Positions 33,902 to 43,303 of a stretch of DNA of 64,000 nucleotides are shown here, piece after piece. Below the pieces are notes generated by a model. That model worked only from the letters and a program-made list of their open reading frames with translations, ran no database searches and had not been told where the DNA came from. This DNA is from an uncultured Verrucomicrobiota bacterium. Lineage in GTDB: Bacteria > Verrucomicrobiota > Verrucomicrobiia > Limisphaerales > UBA8199. How positions within the stretch are numbered: position 1 is the stretch's first letter; the number at the start of each line of letters is the position of its first letter. Made by a program: the position numbers and the translations under genes. The stretch spans positions 10,964 through 74,963 of the forward strand of contig CAZVYG010000017.1 of assembly GCA_964631605.1 (NCBI GenBank), read 5' to 3'.

Positions 33902-35353
33902 TCACCCATCGCGACCACCCGCCAGGCGGCGATAGACTTCTCCGTACTTGGCCGCGGTTCGGTCCCAGGAGAAATCCACCCGCATGGCGTTGGCGCGGTA
34001 GCGCTCGAACAAGGGCGGTTCCGCGTAAAGGGCAAGCGCCTTGCGGATCGCTTTGGCCAGCGCCTGCGCCGAGTATTCGTGGAACTTGATGCCGTTCATC
34101 CTTTCAGGGTCCTCCCGGATGTCCACGACCGTGTCGTCCAGTCCTCCGACGGCGCGAACCACGGGAATGGTGCCATAGCGCAGGCTGTACATTTGGTTCA
34201 GCCCGCACGGTTCGAAGCGGGAGGGCATGAGGAAGAAATCGCATGCGGCTTCGATCCGGTGAGACAAACCTTCGTCGAACTCGATCCTCACCGCCGCCTG
34301 CCGCGGGAACCGCCGCGCCAACTCATGATAGGCGCGCTCATACTCGGGGGCCCCCGTGCCCAGCACCACGAACTGCAGGTCCGCGTGCAACATCTCTTCC
34401 AGCGCCCCCAGCATGATTTCCACCCCCTTCTGCTCCACCATCCGACCGATATTGCCGAACATCGGCACCTCCGGTCTTTCCGGCAGGCCCAATTCGCGCT
34501 GCAAAGCCAGTTTGTTCAGCGTCTTGCCCTCGAGCTCCTCGGCTGAATAGTCGTGCGGGAGATACGGATTTCCGGTGGTGCGCCATTCGCTGTAGTCCAC
34601 CCCGTTGAGGATTCCCACCAGATGCGAGTTGCGATATCGCAGCAAGCCATCGAGGCCGCAGCCGAACTCCTCGGTGGTGATCTCGCGGGCGTACCTCGGG
34701 CTTACAGTGGTCACCAAATCTGCATACGTGAGCCCCGCCTTGAGACAGCTCAGTTGGCCGTAAAACTCGACGCCGTCCGGCCTGAAGTAGTCCCAGGGCA
34801 GATTCGTCAGGGCATATTGCGAGGCGGGGAACAAGCCCTGGTAAGCGAGGTTATGCACGGTGTTGCAGACCCGCAAGGAGCGGGCGCCGGTCCGCTGCTG
34901 ATGCCGGACAAACAAGGCGGCGGGTCCGGTCTGCCAGTCATGCGTATGCACAATCTCAGGTTGCCAGGGTAGCCGCAAAGCCAGGTCGGCCACGGCTTTG
35001 GAAAGGAAGAGAAACCGCTCCGCATTATCCGGAAAATCCATGCCGTCTTTCTGGTACAGGCCGCTGCGCTGATAAAAGCCGGGCTGGTCCACGAAATACA
35101 ACTTAAGGCCCGCCTCGGAATCCGCGGTCCACACTTCACCCTGGACGCGTTTGACGCCGAGCGGGAGGTCGAGCCTCAATTCCTCGCGGCGGAGACCGGC
35201 GCAGCGTTCCCGCACGCCGGCATAAAGGGGGCTCACCAGGCCGACCTGGTGCCCGGCCCGGGCCAGCGCCTTGCCCAGGGCGCCGACCATGTCCGCCAGT
35301 CCGCCGGTTTTCGAGTAGGGATGAACTTCGCTGCTCGCGAGAAGAATCTTCAA
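33902..35353 (-). CDS. glgA: Glycogen synthase (ADP-glucose, GT5)
   Basis: KTGGL, HTHDWQT, HNLAYQG, GILNGVD and PSRFEPCGLNQ motifs; TTG start overlapping the serS stop. Confidence 0.96.
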   Translation of the reverse strand: MKILLASSEVHPYSKTGGLADMVGALGKALARAGHQVGLVSPLYAGVRERCAGLRREELRLDLPLGVKRVQGEVWTADSEAGLKLYFVDQPGFYQRSGLYQKDGMDFPDNAERFLFLSKAVADLALRLPWQPEIVHTHDWQTGPAALFVRHQQRTGARSLRVCNTVHNLAYQGLFPASQYALTNLPWDYFRPDGVEFYGQLSCLKAGLTYADLVTTVSPRYAREITTEEFGCGLDGLLRYRNSHLVGILNGVDYSEWRTTGNPYLPHDYSAEELEGKTLNKLALQRELGLPERPEVPMFGNIGRMVEQKGVEIMLGALEEMLHADLQFVVLGTGAPEYERAYHELARRFPRQAAVRIEFDEGLSHRIEAACDFFLMPSRFEPCGLNQMYSLRYGTIPVVRAVGGLDDTVVDIREDPERMNGIKFHEYSAQALAKAIRKALALYAEPPLFERYRANAMRVDFSWDRTAAKYGEVYRRLAGGRDG

Positions 35354-36651
35354 GGGCTGATCCTTTCGGCCTTGAGGTAAGGCTGGAGCGCCGGCGGAAT
35401 GACCACGCTGCCGTCCGCCTGTTGCATGGTTTCAACGAGCGCGACAAAACACCGCGCCAGGGCGGTACCGCTGCCGTTCAAGAGGTGGGGATGGCGGTTG
35501 TCCCCCGCGGCGGTTTTGTAGCGCAGATTCATGCGCCGGCTTTGAAAATCCTCACAATTCGAGACACTCGAAACCTCGAGGTAACTCCCCTGCCCCGGCG
35601 CCCAGACTTCGAGGTCGTAGGTTCGGGCGCTGGCAAACCCCAGGTCCCCCGTGCAGAGCAGCACCACCCGGTAATGCAGGCCCAGCAATTGCAGCACCCG
35701 CTCGGCGTTGGCCAGCATCTTCTCCTGCTCGGCATACCCGTCCTCGGGCTTCACAATTTTAATCAATTCCACCTTGTCAAACTGGTGCACGCGAATCATG
35801 CCCCGGGTTCCCACCCCCGCGGCGCCGGCCTCGCCGCGAAAGCAGGGGGTATAGGCGCAATAATTCAGCGGCAGTTGGGCCTCGGCGAGGATTTCCTCAC
35901 GGTGAATATTGGCCACGGGCGTCTCCGCCGTGGGAATGAGATACAACCTGCCCAGGGTGGCCGGGTCGAGTCCTTCCTGCGCCGCGTAATACTGGTCGGC
36001 GAATTTGGGGAACTGGCCGACGCCCTCAAGGCAATGCGGCCCGACGAGGAAAGGCGGCGACACCTCGGTATAACCATGCTCGAGGGTGTGCAAGTCGAGC
36101 ATGAACTGGATCAAGGCCCGTTCCAGGCGCGCGCCCCAATGGGTGTAGAGCACAAAACCGCTGCCGGACAGCTTGGTGGCGCGTTCGAAATCCACCAGCT
36201 TCAGTTTCTCGCACAGCTCGACGTGCGAGCGGGGCTTGAAATCGAACTGGCGCTTTTCCCCATGCACACGCACCACGGGATTGTCCTCCGCGCTGCGGCC
36301 GCGCGGCACGGATTCGTGGGGCAGGTTGGGCATGCGCAACATCACCTGCCGCCGCGCCTCGTCAACCTCGCCAGCCTGCCGGTCCAATGCCGCGATACGG
36401 TCGCCAAGATTCCGGGTTTCCTGTTTCCGGGCTTCGGCTTCTGCAAGTTTCTTTTGCCCCATTAACACCCCGATTTCCTTGGAAACGCGGTTGCGCTGCG
36501 CTTTGAGAGATTCCACTTCGGCCAGCAGACGCCGGCGCTCCTCGTCCAGCTTCAACACCTCGTCCACGCGCGCCTCGTCGCCCGCCCCGCGGCTGGCCAG
36601 CCGTTCGCGCACGAACTCCGGGCGCTCGCGTATCAATCTAATATCCAGCAT
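35350..36651 (-). CDS. serS: Serine--tRNA ligase
   Basis: MLDIRLIRE start, YLIPTAE, CFRGEAG, RVHQFDKVE, YDLEVW, EVSSVSNC and HLLNGSG motifs. Confidence 0.97.
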   Translation of the reverse strand: MLDIRLIRERPEFVRERLASRGAGDEARVDEVLKLDEERRRLLAEVESLKAQRNRVSKEIGVLMGQKKLAEAEARKQETRNLGDRIAALDRQAGEVDEARRQVMLRMPNLPHESVPRGRSAEDNPVVRVHGEKRQFDFKPRSHVELCEKLKLVDFERATKLSGSGFVLYTHWGARLERALIQFMLDLHTLEHGYTEVSPPFLVGPHCLEGVGQFPKFADQYYAAQEGLDPATLGRLYLIPTAETPVANIHREEILAEAQLPLNYCAYTPCFRGEAGAAGVGTRGMIRVHQFDKVELIKIVKPEDGYAEQEKMLANAERVLQLLGLHYRVVLLCTGDLGFASARTYDLEVWAPGQGSYLEVSSVSNCEDFQSRRMNLRYKTAAGDNRHPHLLNGSGTALARCFVALVETMQQADGSVVIPPALQPYLKAERISP

Positions 36652-37061
36652 CCGCGCATTATAAGTGCGTCCTCCAGACTGTCCACCCTTTAGCCCAGGT
36701 GGGGCGGTTGGACGGTTGGACAGCATCGCATGCGCCTCAGGTCGGATTTTGCCAAAAGAAAGTCGCGGGCCTGCAAGACAGAATGTGCCGTTTTCGAGTA
36801 AATGTATCGTGAAATGTTGCAGAGCAGTTTCAGCGTGCCGAGTGCGGGAAAGTCCGGAAGTTCGGTGTCACGGCTGAACCGGCACTTTCCAGGAAGGCGG
36901 TATGCCCCATCGGGCATCCGGATCTGCCAACGTGTTTCGAAATCGTCTTTGCGACATCCCTCGCTTCCGCCATGTGGTGGGTACCGAGAACCCAGTTCAA
37001 AATCGCCCAAGAAAAAACCATCCGTCCAACATTACAGCAACCAAAACCATCCCCATCTACT

Positions 37062-38174
37062 ATGAAAATACCAAATTCACAACTCGTCATTGACCTTGCT
37101 CTGTGGAGCGCGAGACAGGTTTGTCGCCTGCGCGGGGATCGTCACCGCATTCGCAAACTTTCCGCCTCCTTGTCAGGAGCCGTGTTATTGGCACTCCCCT
37201 CAGTGTCCCATGGCATGCTGATCATGGCAGATGACTTCGAGGCGGACACACCCAAGTTCCCTTGGTATATGGATGCAACAGCAGGTGAAACCCGCTTCGT
37301 GGAAGTCGTGACCAACGCCCTGTTTCAATCCAAAGCCTTGCGTTACCATATGACCACGCCCACGTCCGGCCAACAGGAGCTGGTGGGCCAGATGAGCCTG
37401 CCGGTGGATATGTCGCCAGAGGGTGTCACCAGCCTGACGCTGCAGTTTGACTTCTACTTCAACTACCCAGCCGTTCCCCTCGCGAAAGCCTTCAACTTCG
37501 GTATCGGATCCTCGATGGGCACGCCGTTAACGAACCACAATCAGGTTACAACTTTGGGCGCCGATGACAGGAGCTTCAATTCATATATCGGGTGGCTAAC
37601 GCCATACTGTCGGATTCAATATGAAGGCTCAGTTACAGTGAGTGGTCACGGGCGGGGTGCAACGTTGGCAACCGATTACACGGTGATGATAAGTGCTCCC
37701 GACACCATTGGGACGGCAAGAATGACGCTGACCAAGAACGGGGACATGTACGACATCTTGGTCGAGTATCGAGAGGGCACCAACGATTTTGTTCAGGGGT
37801 TGAGCACCACGTACGCGCAAACTGTGACGAATTGGGACCAAGTCTTGTTCGGCTGGGGGAGTTTTGGCGCGAACCCTCTGCCACCCGAGGGGGCCGATCT
37901 TTACATGGACAATCTGATGATTTTCACCAACAATGATCCCACACCTCCGCCGGAACTTCCGCGGCTGTCTTACGAGATTGTCGGCAGCCAATTTGTTTTA
38001 ACCTGGCCTACAAATGCCGGCTGGAGGCTGGAGAGCCAGACGAACCCCCTGAATGTGGGATTGCAGCCCGGCTCGGGCAATTGGGGCCCGGTAAGTGGAG
38101 CGGGGGACGGTTACCATGCACAACCGCTGAACACGGGAGCCGGCACCGTCTTTTACCGGCTGGTAGCTCCGTAG
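37062..38174 (+). CDS. Secreted hypothetical protein (beta-rich) with C-terminal FYRL tail
   Basis: Long N-terminal signal-like region ending AVLLALPSVSHG; ends ...GTVFYRLVAP. ATG 37062 preferred. Confidence 0.7.
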   Translation: MKIPNSQLVIDLALWSARQVCRLRGDRHRIRKLSASLSGAVLLALPSVSHGMLIMADDFEADTPKFPWYMDATAGETRFVEVVTNALFQSKALRYHMTTPTSGQQELVGQMSLPVDMSPEGVTSLTLQFDFYFNYPAVPLAKAFNFGIGSSMGTPLTNHNQVTTLGADDRSFNSYIGWLTPYCRIQYEGSVTVSGHGRGATLATDYTVMISAPDTIGTARMTLTKNGDMYDILVEYREGTNDFVQGLSTTYAQTVTNWDQVLFGWGSFGANPLPPEGADLYMDNLMIFTNNDPTPPPELPRLSYEIVGSQFVLTWPTNAGWRLESQTNPLNVGLQPGSGNWGPVSGAGDGYHAQPLNTGAGTVFYRLVAP

Positions 38175-38871
38175 GCGACCGACCTTGGACCGCCACTCCT
38201 GAATTTAGGGCTATGGAGCAGGCGGTCGCTTCCTGGAGCGAGGCGAGGATGGGTGCGGTGGCGGCGGGGGGATCGGGAGGGCGGCCAGCGGCGCTTCGTG
38301 GGGGTGCACGGTGCGTCTCTGGCCCCTCGCCGGTTGCTTGCGGGTTCGGATGCCGGGCACAATCAACTGTGGTTCGGGCGGCAGTCGGCGAGGCAGCCGC
38401 TTCTGGTCGCGGGGAAAGCAGACCAGTCCGCGCAAGCCGACCCGGCAGAGGAATGTGGAAAGGGGAGCACTCCTTGGCCGTGGCGGCCTCTGGCCGAACC
38501 CCGGCCGAGCTCACGTGAAGCGTCGCGTGCGTTCTTGAGGCTCCAGAACGTACCCGCAATCCCGTGTTGCGGATGCGGGCCGAACCGGTGGCCCCCCCGG
38601 TCCCGTGCTGGGTTTTGTCCAAGTGCGCCAGTAAGGACGCCGGGGTATGCCCCGTAATTTTCTTCTCGATTCCAGCCGCTGTTATCGCGTCATTCAATAC
38701 ACGAACGATTCTGACCGCACGAACCGAACCATCCGACGCCACTTTCTGGCCGCAACCAGTGTCCCTTTGATGGCCCCAACCTTGGTCCCCGCCTCCGCCC
38801 TTGGCCGGGGGGCGGCCAGCCCGTGGAAGGGGTCATGGAAGGGGTCAAGCCTCTAGTTTTCGCCGCTTCCT

Positions 38872-39487
38872 TCATAGACTTAATCGGCGCTGCGCCGGGT
38901 CGGCTGAGGGTTGGTTTCGCATCACCGCCCGCAGACGAAAGCTCGCGCTCTTGGGGGTGCCAATGCGCAGGCGCTGGGCGATCCGCTTAGCCGAAAGCGT
39001 CGTCTCCCGCCGCAAGCGCACCGCAATCTGGACTTTGCCTGGGTCGTGCCTCCGCCGGGACATCAGGTCTGTTTCCTGCCAGCCCAGACGGCGCAGTTCC
39101 TCCGCGATAATCCGTTCTTTGTAACGCCCGCTTAACACCTGCCCGATCAGTTGGTGCCGGTGATTGAGGCGGAGGGGGTACGGGCTTTGGAGCCAAGCCC
39201 TTCCCGCCACCAGATTGGCGTTGGGCGTTTCGACCACCAGAGGATAGGGGTTCGACATCAGGCCGTAGGCATGCACTGGTTCACCCCGTGAGATAACGGG
39301 CGCATTGATTGGCGCGCACACCGCCCAGATCTCACGGGGCAAGGCCGCTTTTCAGGCGGGCCTCCACCAGCGGCTTCAGGAAATCCTGCCGATCCACGTC
39401 CTCGAGATAAAGGTCAGCGCGCCGGTTCCCACGGCTCATCACGTGATCCAGGGCACCGCTAGACTCATGGCGTACGGGGCGCGGCAT
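38872..39487 (-). pseudogene. REP-associated tyrosine transposase (RAYT/Y1 HUH) pseudogene
   Basis: MPRPVRHESSGALDHVMSRGNRR...DRQDFLK N-terminus from ATG 39487, then VHAYGLMSNPYPLVVETPNANLVAG...GRYK joined directly to the C-terminal ERIIAEEL...RLRRETTLS. HUH histidines are lost, there is an internal deletion and a 56-bp insertion. Confidence 0.8.
39284..39339. mobile_element. 56-bp hairpin insertion (MITE/REP-like) with 11-bp perfect terminal inverted repeats
   Basis: CCCCGTGAGAT (39284-39294) and ATCTCACGGGG (39329-39339), with an internal GGGCG/CGCCC pair; flanked by CA on both sides. Confidence 0.6.
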
Positions 39488-39771
39488 GGTCCAACTCTAC
39501 CAACCTGAAACTGGCGCTGCCAACCGAAAGGCGAACAATAGAGGCTTGACCCCTTTTCCGCCGGGCGGGGCTTGGTGACGCCGGCAATGAAGCGCTCGGC
39601 CAGCTTGGTGGCACTCTCGAAGGAATGGCAGGGATAGGAGCGGGTGTCCTTGAAGGTGGTAAGGGTGACCACGAAGGTGAGGACGCCCCGAGCTGGATTG
39701 CGGGCAGCGATGGTGACGGACGGCGGGGTGAGGTTCTTGTTGATGTCTGTAGTGTTCATATTTTGTTTCAT
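39439..39771 (-). CDS. Orphan hypothetical protein (MKQNMNTTDINKNLTPPSVTIAARN...)
   Basis: A-rich start context and an open frame of 110 aa. The 3' end overlaps the RAYT remnant, so it may itself be truncated. Confidence 0.35.
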   Translation of the reverse strand: MKQNMNTTDINKNLTPPSVTIAARNPARGVLTFVVTLTTFKDTRSYPCHSFESATKLAERFIAGVTKPRPAEKGSSLYCSPFGWQRQFQVGRVGPCRAPYAMSLAVPWIT

Positions 39772-40160
39772 TTGTTTCGGGCTTCTTTGCCCTTTCACTG
39801 AAAAGCGCGGCGACTGCGGGCGGCCAGTGGAGGTTGCCTTCAGGAGGAACCACTTGTCCCGGCCCCCGCCCCAAAGCCGCGCGGTGAAAGGCGAAGGGAC
39901 TGGAACAAGACACTGAACACGACAAGGACAACAACAGTGCAGCAGCCCCGGGACCATGCGGCAGTGCAATCCTGGGGCGTCTTTTGTGGTTAGCCTCACG
40001 GCCAGGGAGTCCGCAGGCTGACGCTCCGGGGGTTGGGGCTTTCCCTGGCTCAGCCAACGCTTCTCCAGCACTCGGCACCTCTAAAACGGACGTCTATTCC
40101 TGTCGGTTAGGAACGGGACTTCCGACTCCTCGTCTGCTGGGTAGGGAGCTTGAACTGCAG

Positions 40161-42470
40161 TTAGGGATTCTTTGTAATGCGGTAAATCCTTCCTGTGTTG
40201 CGTTCCGCCAAGTAAAGGGCGTTATCTGGGCCGAACTGGAGGCACGTGACCTGCTGGAAGCCACTGCCCATAATGGTTGCTGATCCGTTGGCATCCACCC
40301 GGATCAACTGGTTCGAGCTGTTCACCGCGTAGATGTCCGATCCCCAGAATCGGTCGCCCGGCCCGCGTGCCAAGGGTGAGGATTCCTTTGTCGGAGCGAA
40401 ATAGCGGGTGAGCGGAGTGCCATCGGGGGCGAACAGCGACGCCCAGTTCGAATAGCGCGCGGTTGCCACAATCCGATTAAGCGAATCCACAGCAATCGGC
40501 CCGGCCCAAGCCAAATCGAAGAGCTTCGTCACTGATGTCCCGAGGAAAACAAAGACTGCCTCTTTCCCTTCGTCGGAAATCAGCAAGCGCCGCGGTGTTG
40601 AGTCGTCCAGAACCATGAAGTTGGGATTGCTCAAACTCGTGCTGGGGCCTAAAAGGGCATTGGTCGAGCCATCTGGTTTGAGGACCCAGACCGCTCCGCC
40701 CTTAAGATAGTAATCCAGCACAACCAAGACCGATCCGGGGCTGCCTGAATAGACCCCGTCTTGATCCACCCAGACCCCATCCGGGTCAGAGATAGGATCG
40801 CCGAATTCCGCTGCGGGCGTGCCGCACTGGCCAACTTTCCAGATTTTCATCTCGAGCGAGGGAGTCTGGAAACCGAGGGTGTCGCGCCCAACATAAAGCA
40901 CTCCATTCGTTGCGAAGGCCAGTCCGTAGGCGTTGGGCAGGAGCGCGTAAAGCTTGGTGACGGCACCGGAAACCTGCGGACAAGTGTCTTGGCCGTCTGT
41001 AAGACGATAGAACTTCGCTTCGCCTTGGATCGGAATCGTTGCGCAGTAGTTGTTCCCGATCGGCGCGACGCCGACTGAGGAGTACGACCATGCGGGCGGG
41101 TCGAGTCGGTCGGTTTCCTGCAAGACAAAGCCGGTGCAGGTCTGCTCCCAGCAGAGGGTGACGTTGGTTTCGGCCAGCGCGAGGCGCAGCGTCGGTCGCG
41201 GCGGGCCACCGACGGTGACCGTAAAGGTGCAGGCGTTGGAGTTACCCGAACTGTCCACCGCCCAGCATGTGACGGTACTGTGGCCGGGACAAAAACGGGT
41301 GCCGGCGGCCGGCTGGAAGGTCACCGTAGGGCTGGGATCGCAATTGTCGCGGACCTCCGGGCTGGGGAACGAGACGGCCGTGCCTCCACACCCGTCGAAT
41401 TCCGCCGCGACGTTTGACGGACAGGTGATTACCGGGGGGGTGGTATCCACCACTGTCACCGCCTGGCTGCAATTCGTGCTATTACTACAGCAATCGGTGG
41501 CCTGCCACGTCCGCGTGATGACCGCTGGACAGGTACCGTTGGTAATCGTGCTGAGCACACTGATAGTTACGTTGGTTCCGCAGAAGAAGTCCAAGGCGGT
41601 CGGCTCATCGAAGCTCCAACTGCTGCCGCATTCCACGGTCTTGTTGATGGCGCAGGTGATTGCCGGCGGCATGGTGTCCACCACGGTCACCGTCTGGCTG
41701 CAAGTATTGGTCGCGCCCTGACAGTCGGTGGCCTGCCAGGTGCGCGTGGCGGTCATCTGACAACCGGCGGTGTTGGTCACGGTGCTCAGGACCGACAATG
41801 AGGTATTCGTGCCGCAACAGAAACTGTGCAGGACAGGGGAATCGAAGTCCCACGGCGCGTTCGAATCAACGGCCTTGTCGGAAGCGCAGGTCAGACTCAA
41901 CCCGTGGCCAACAGGAATGATAATGATGGAGGATTCCCCGATGGCATTGGTTGGCTCGCTGGGATGCCAGGCACCTCCGGCAAAGAAATTCGTTACCCAA
42001 GCGTTGCCGACCCACTTCAGCCACTGTGCACCCTCCAAGGGTGGCGCGCCCATGATGTTTTCGAATGTCCCCACGCCCATATCTTGTCGGCTCACGAAGT
42101 TCACCGCCCCGCAACCACAGGGCAACGCCAGCGGCAACGCGACTGACGGGGACGCACCACTGAAAATCAACTGGGCGGCGCCTGACAGCTGGATCAATGC
42201 TCCTTCGCCTGGTCTGAGGGTGCCCCCGGTTGGAGTCCAGGCGAGTTCCATGTCATCGAAGGCATATAGTATCCATCCGGAACAGGTCCACTTCCAGAGT
42301 CGCGTCAGTGGGGGCACGTTTGGCAGGACCTCATCCAAGGTGTTGTTGCCGTTATCCAAGTGATTTGCAATGGCGCTAAAGCCCGCAGGCAGAGCATTGG
42401 TGTACGAATCGGCCAGACTGCTCACTGCCAGCGCGCACAAGCAGACGGGGAGCAGAAGACATGTTTTCAT
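40161..42470 (-). CDS. Secreted HYR-domain protein with repeated Cys-containing Ig-like units and a C-terminal beta-propeller
   Basis: Signal peptide MKTCLLLPVCLCALAVSSLA; repeated TRTWQATDC...VTVVDT units; HYR (DTTPPVITCP...TVTCWAVDSSGNSNACTFTVTV); NHL-like FGPDNALYLAE. Confidence 0.8.
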   Translation of the reverse strand: MKTCLLLPVCLCALAVSSLADSYTNALPAGFSAIANHLDNGNNTLDEVLPNVPPLTRLWKWTCSGWILYAFDDMELAWTPTGGTLRPGEGALIQLSGAAQLIFSGASPSVALPLALPCGCGAVNFVSRQDMGVGTFENIMGAPPLEGAQWLKWVGNAWVTNFFAGGAWHPSEPTNAIGESSIIIIPVGHGLSLTCASDKAVDSNAPWDFDSPVLHSFCCGTNTSLSVLSTVTNTAGCQMTATRTWQATDCQGATNTCSQTVTVVDTMPPAITCAINKTVECGSSWSFDEPTALDFFCGTNVTISVLSTITNGTCPAVITRTWQATDCCSNSTNCSQAVTVVDTTPPVITCPSNVAAEFDGCGGTAVSFPSPEVRDNCDPSPTVTFQPAAGTRFCPGHSTVTCWAVDSSGNSNACTFTVTVGGPPRPTLRLALAETNVTLCWEQTCTGFVLQETDRLDPPAWSYSSVGVAPIGNNYCATIPIQGEAKFYRLTDGQDTCPQVSGAVTKLYALLPNAYGLAFATNGVLYVGRDTLGFQTPSLEMKIWKVGQCGTPAAEFGDPISDPDGVWVDQDGVYSGSPGSVLVVLDYYLKGGAVWVLKPDGSTNALLGPSTSLSNPNFMVLDDSTPRRLLISDEGKEAVFVFLGTSVTKLFDLAWAGPIAVDSLNRIVATARYSNWASLFAPDGTPLTRYFAPTKESSPLARGPGDRFWGSDIYAVNSSNQLIRVDANGSATIMGSGFQQVTCLQFGPDNALYLAERNTGRIYRITKNP

Positions 42471-42756
42471 CGGTTTTGTTTCCTTTCTATGGCGCGGTTT
42501 GTTTGGGGAGTGTTCGGTAGGGGGCGGCAAACTGGTAAACTGGTAAGAAATTGGTTTTTTGGCGCTGGATGTACTAAGCGCTCCGCGGGTAAGGGAGAAT
42601 TGGTTTTGCGGCTCACCAATCATAGTCCCATGCTACCACCCGGCGGTCCGGCCTGTCAAGGGGATTTTCTTGGCGCTACACAGCGGCTTGGGAGCGGGGC
42701 TGCTGGCCAGGGCGGCGGGTGGCGGCAGGGCAAAGGGGAGACGAGGAGAAGAGTTG

Positions 42757-42864
42757 GAAGGTGAGAAGGTGGGAAGGCGAAACGGGACCTTTCGACCATG
42801 GGACTATCGGACTATGGGACTAAAGTGAGGGGCGAAGGGGCGAAGGTGGGAAGGTGCGAGAGCA
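42757..42864. repeat. Isolated copy of the octamer repeat families (GAAGGTG-type and GGACTAT-type)
   Basis: cgaccatg-ggactatc-ggactatg-ggactaaa at 42793-42824, flanked by gaaggtg units. Confidence 0.85.
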
Positions 42865-43303
42865 CGGGGCGTTTTGGCAAGCTGGTGTGCGGCAGACTGG
42901 GGCGGATGTCGAACTCTGGACCGAATGGGGCGGTCGGGCCGCGGATGGGGAGGTCACCGTCAGTGTCCATATCGCCACAAGTCCGAGGGACCCGCGCGTC
43001 ACCGAAGACACCCATTCGATCGCCGTCACCTTACTGACTGAAGGGTTTGGCAACGATCTTGGAATCCACTTCGATGCTTTGGCCGCGGAGGCCATCGAGA
43101 ATGCCGCAACCTCGAATCAGCTTGCCTGTTAAATCCTGCGTTCAGGCGTCATTTTCGAGCACGCCGACCAATACCTCTACTTCAACCAGCACGCGCTCTT
43201 GGTTCAGACTCAGGAACCGATAGCTGTGCCTGCGAACGGCGCTCGCAAAAGGCTTTCATTTTGTTCTCGAATTTTTGCCGGCTTTATGGCGTCATTCCCC
43301 CCT

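Noticed and set aside
38180-38660. Several overlapping ORFs downstream of the secreted protein
   Set aside because: None has a recognisable motif or clear start context; GC-rich non-coding or decayed sequence is more likely.
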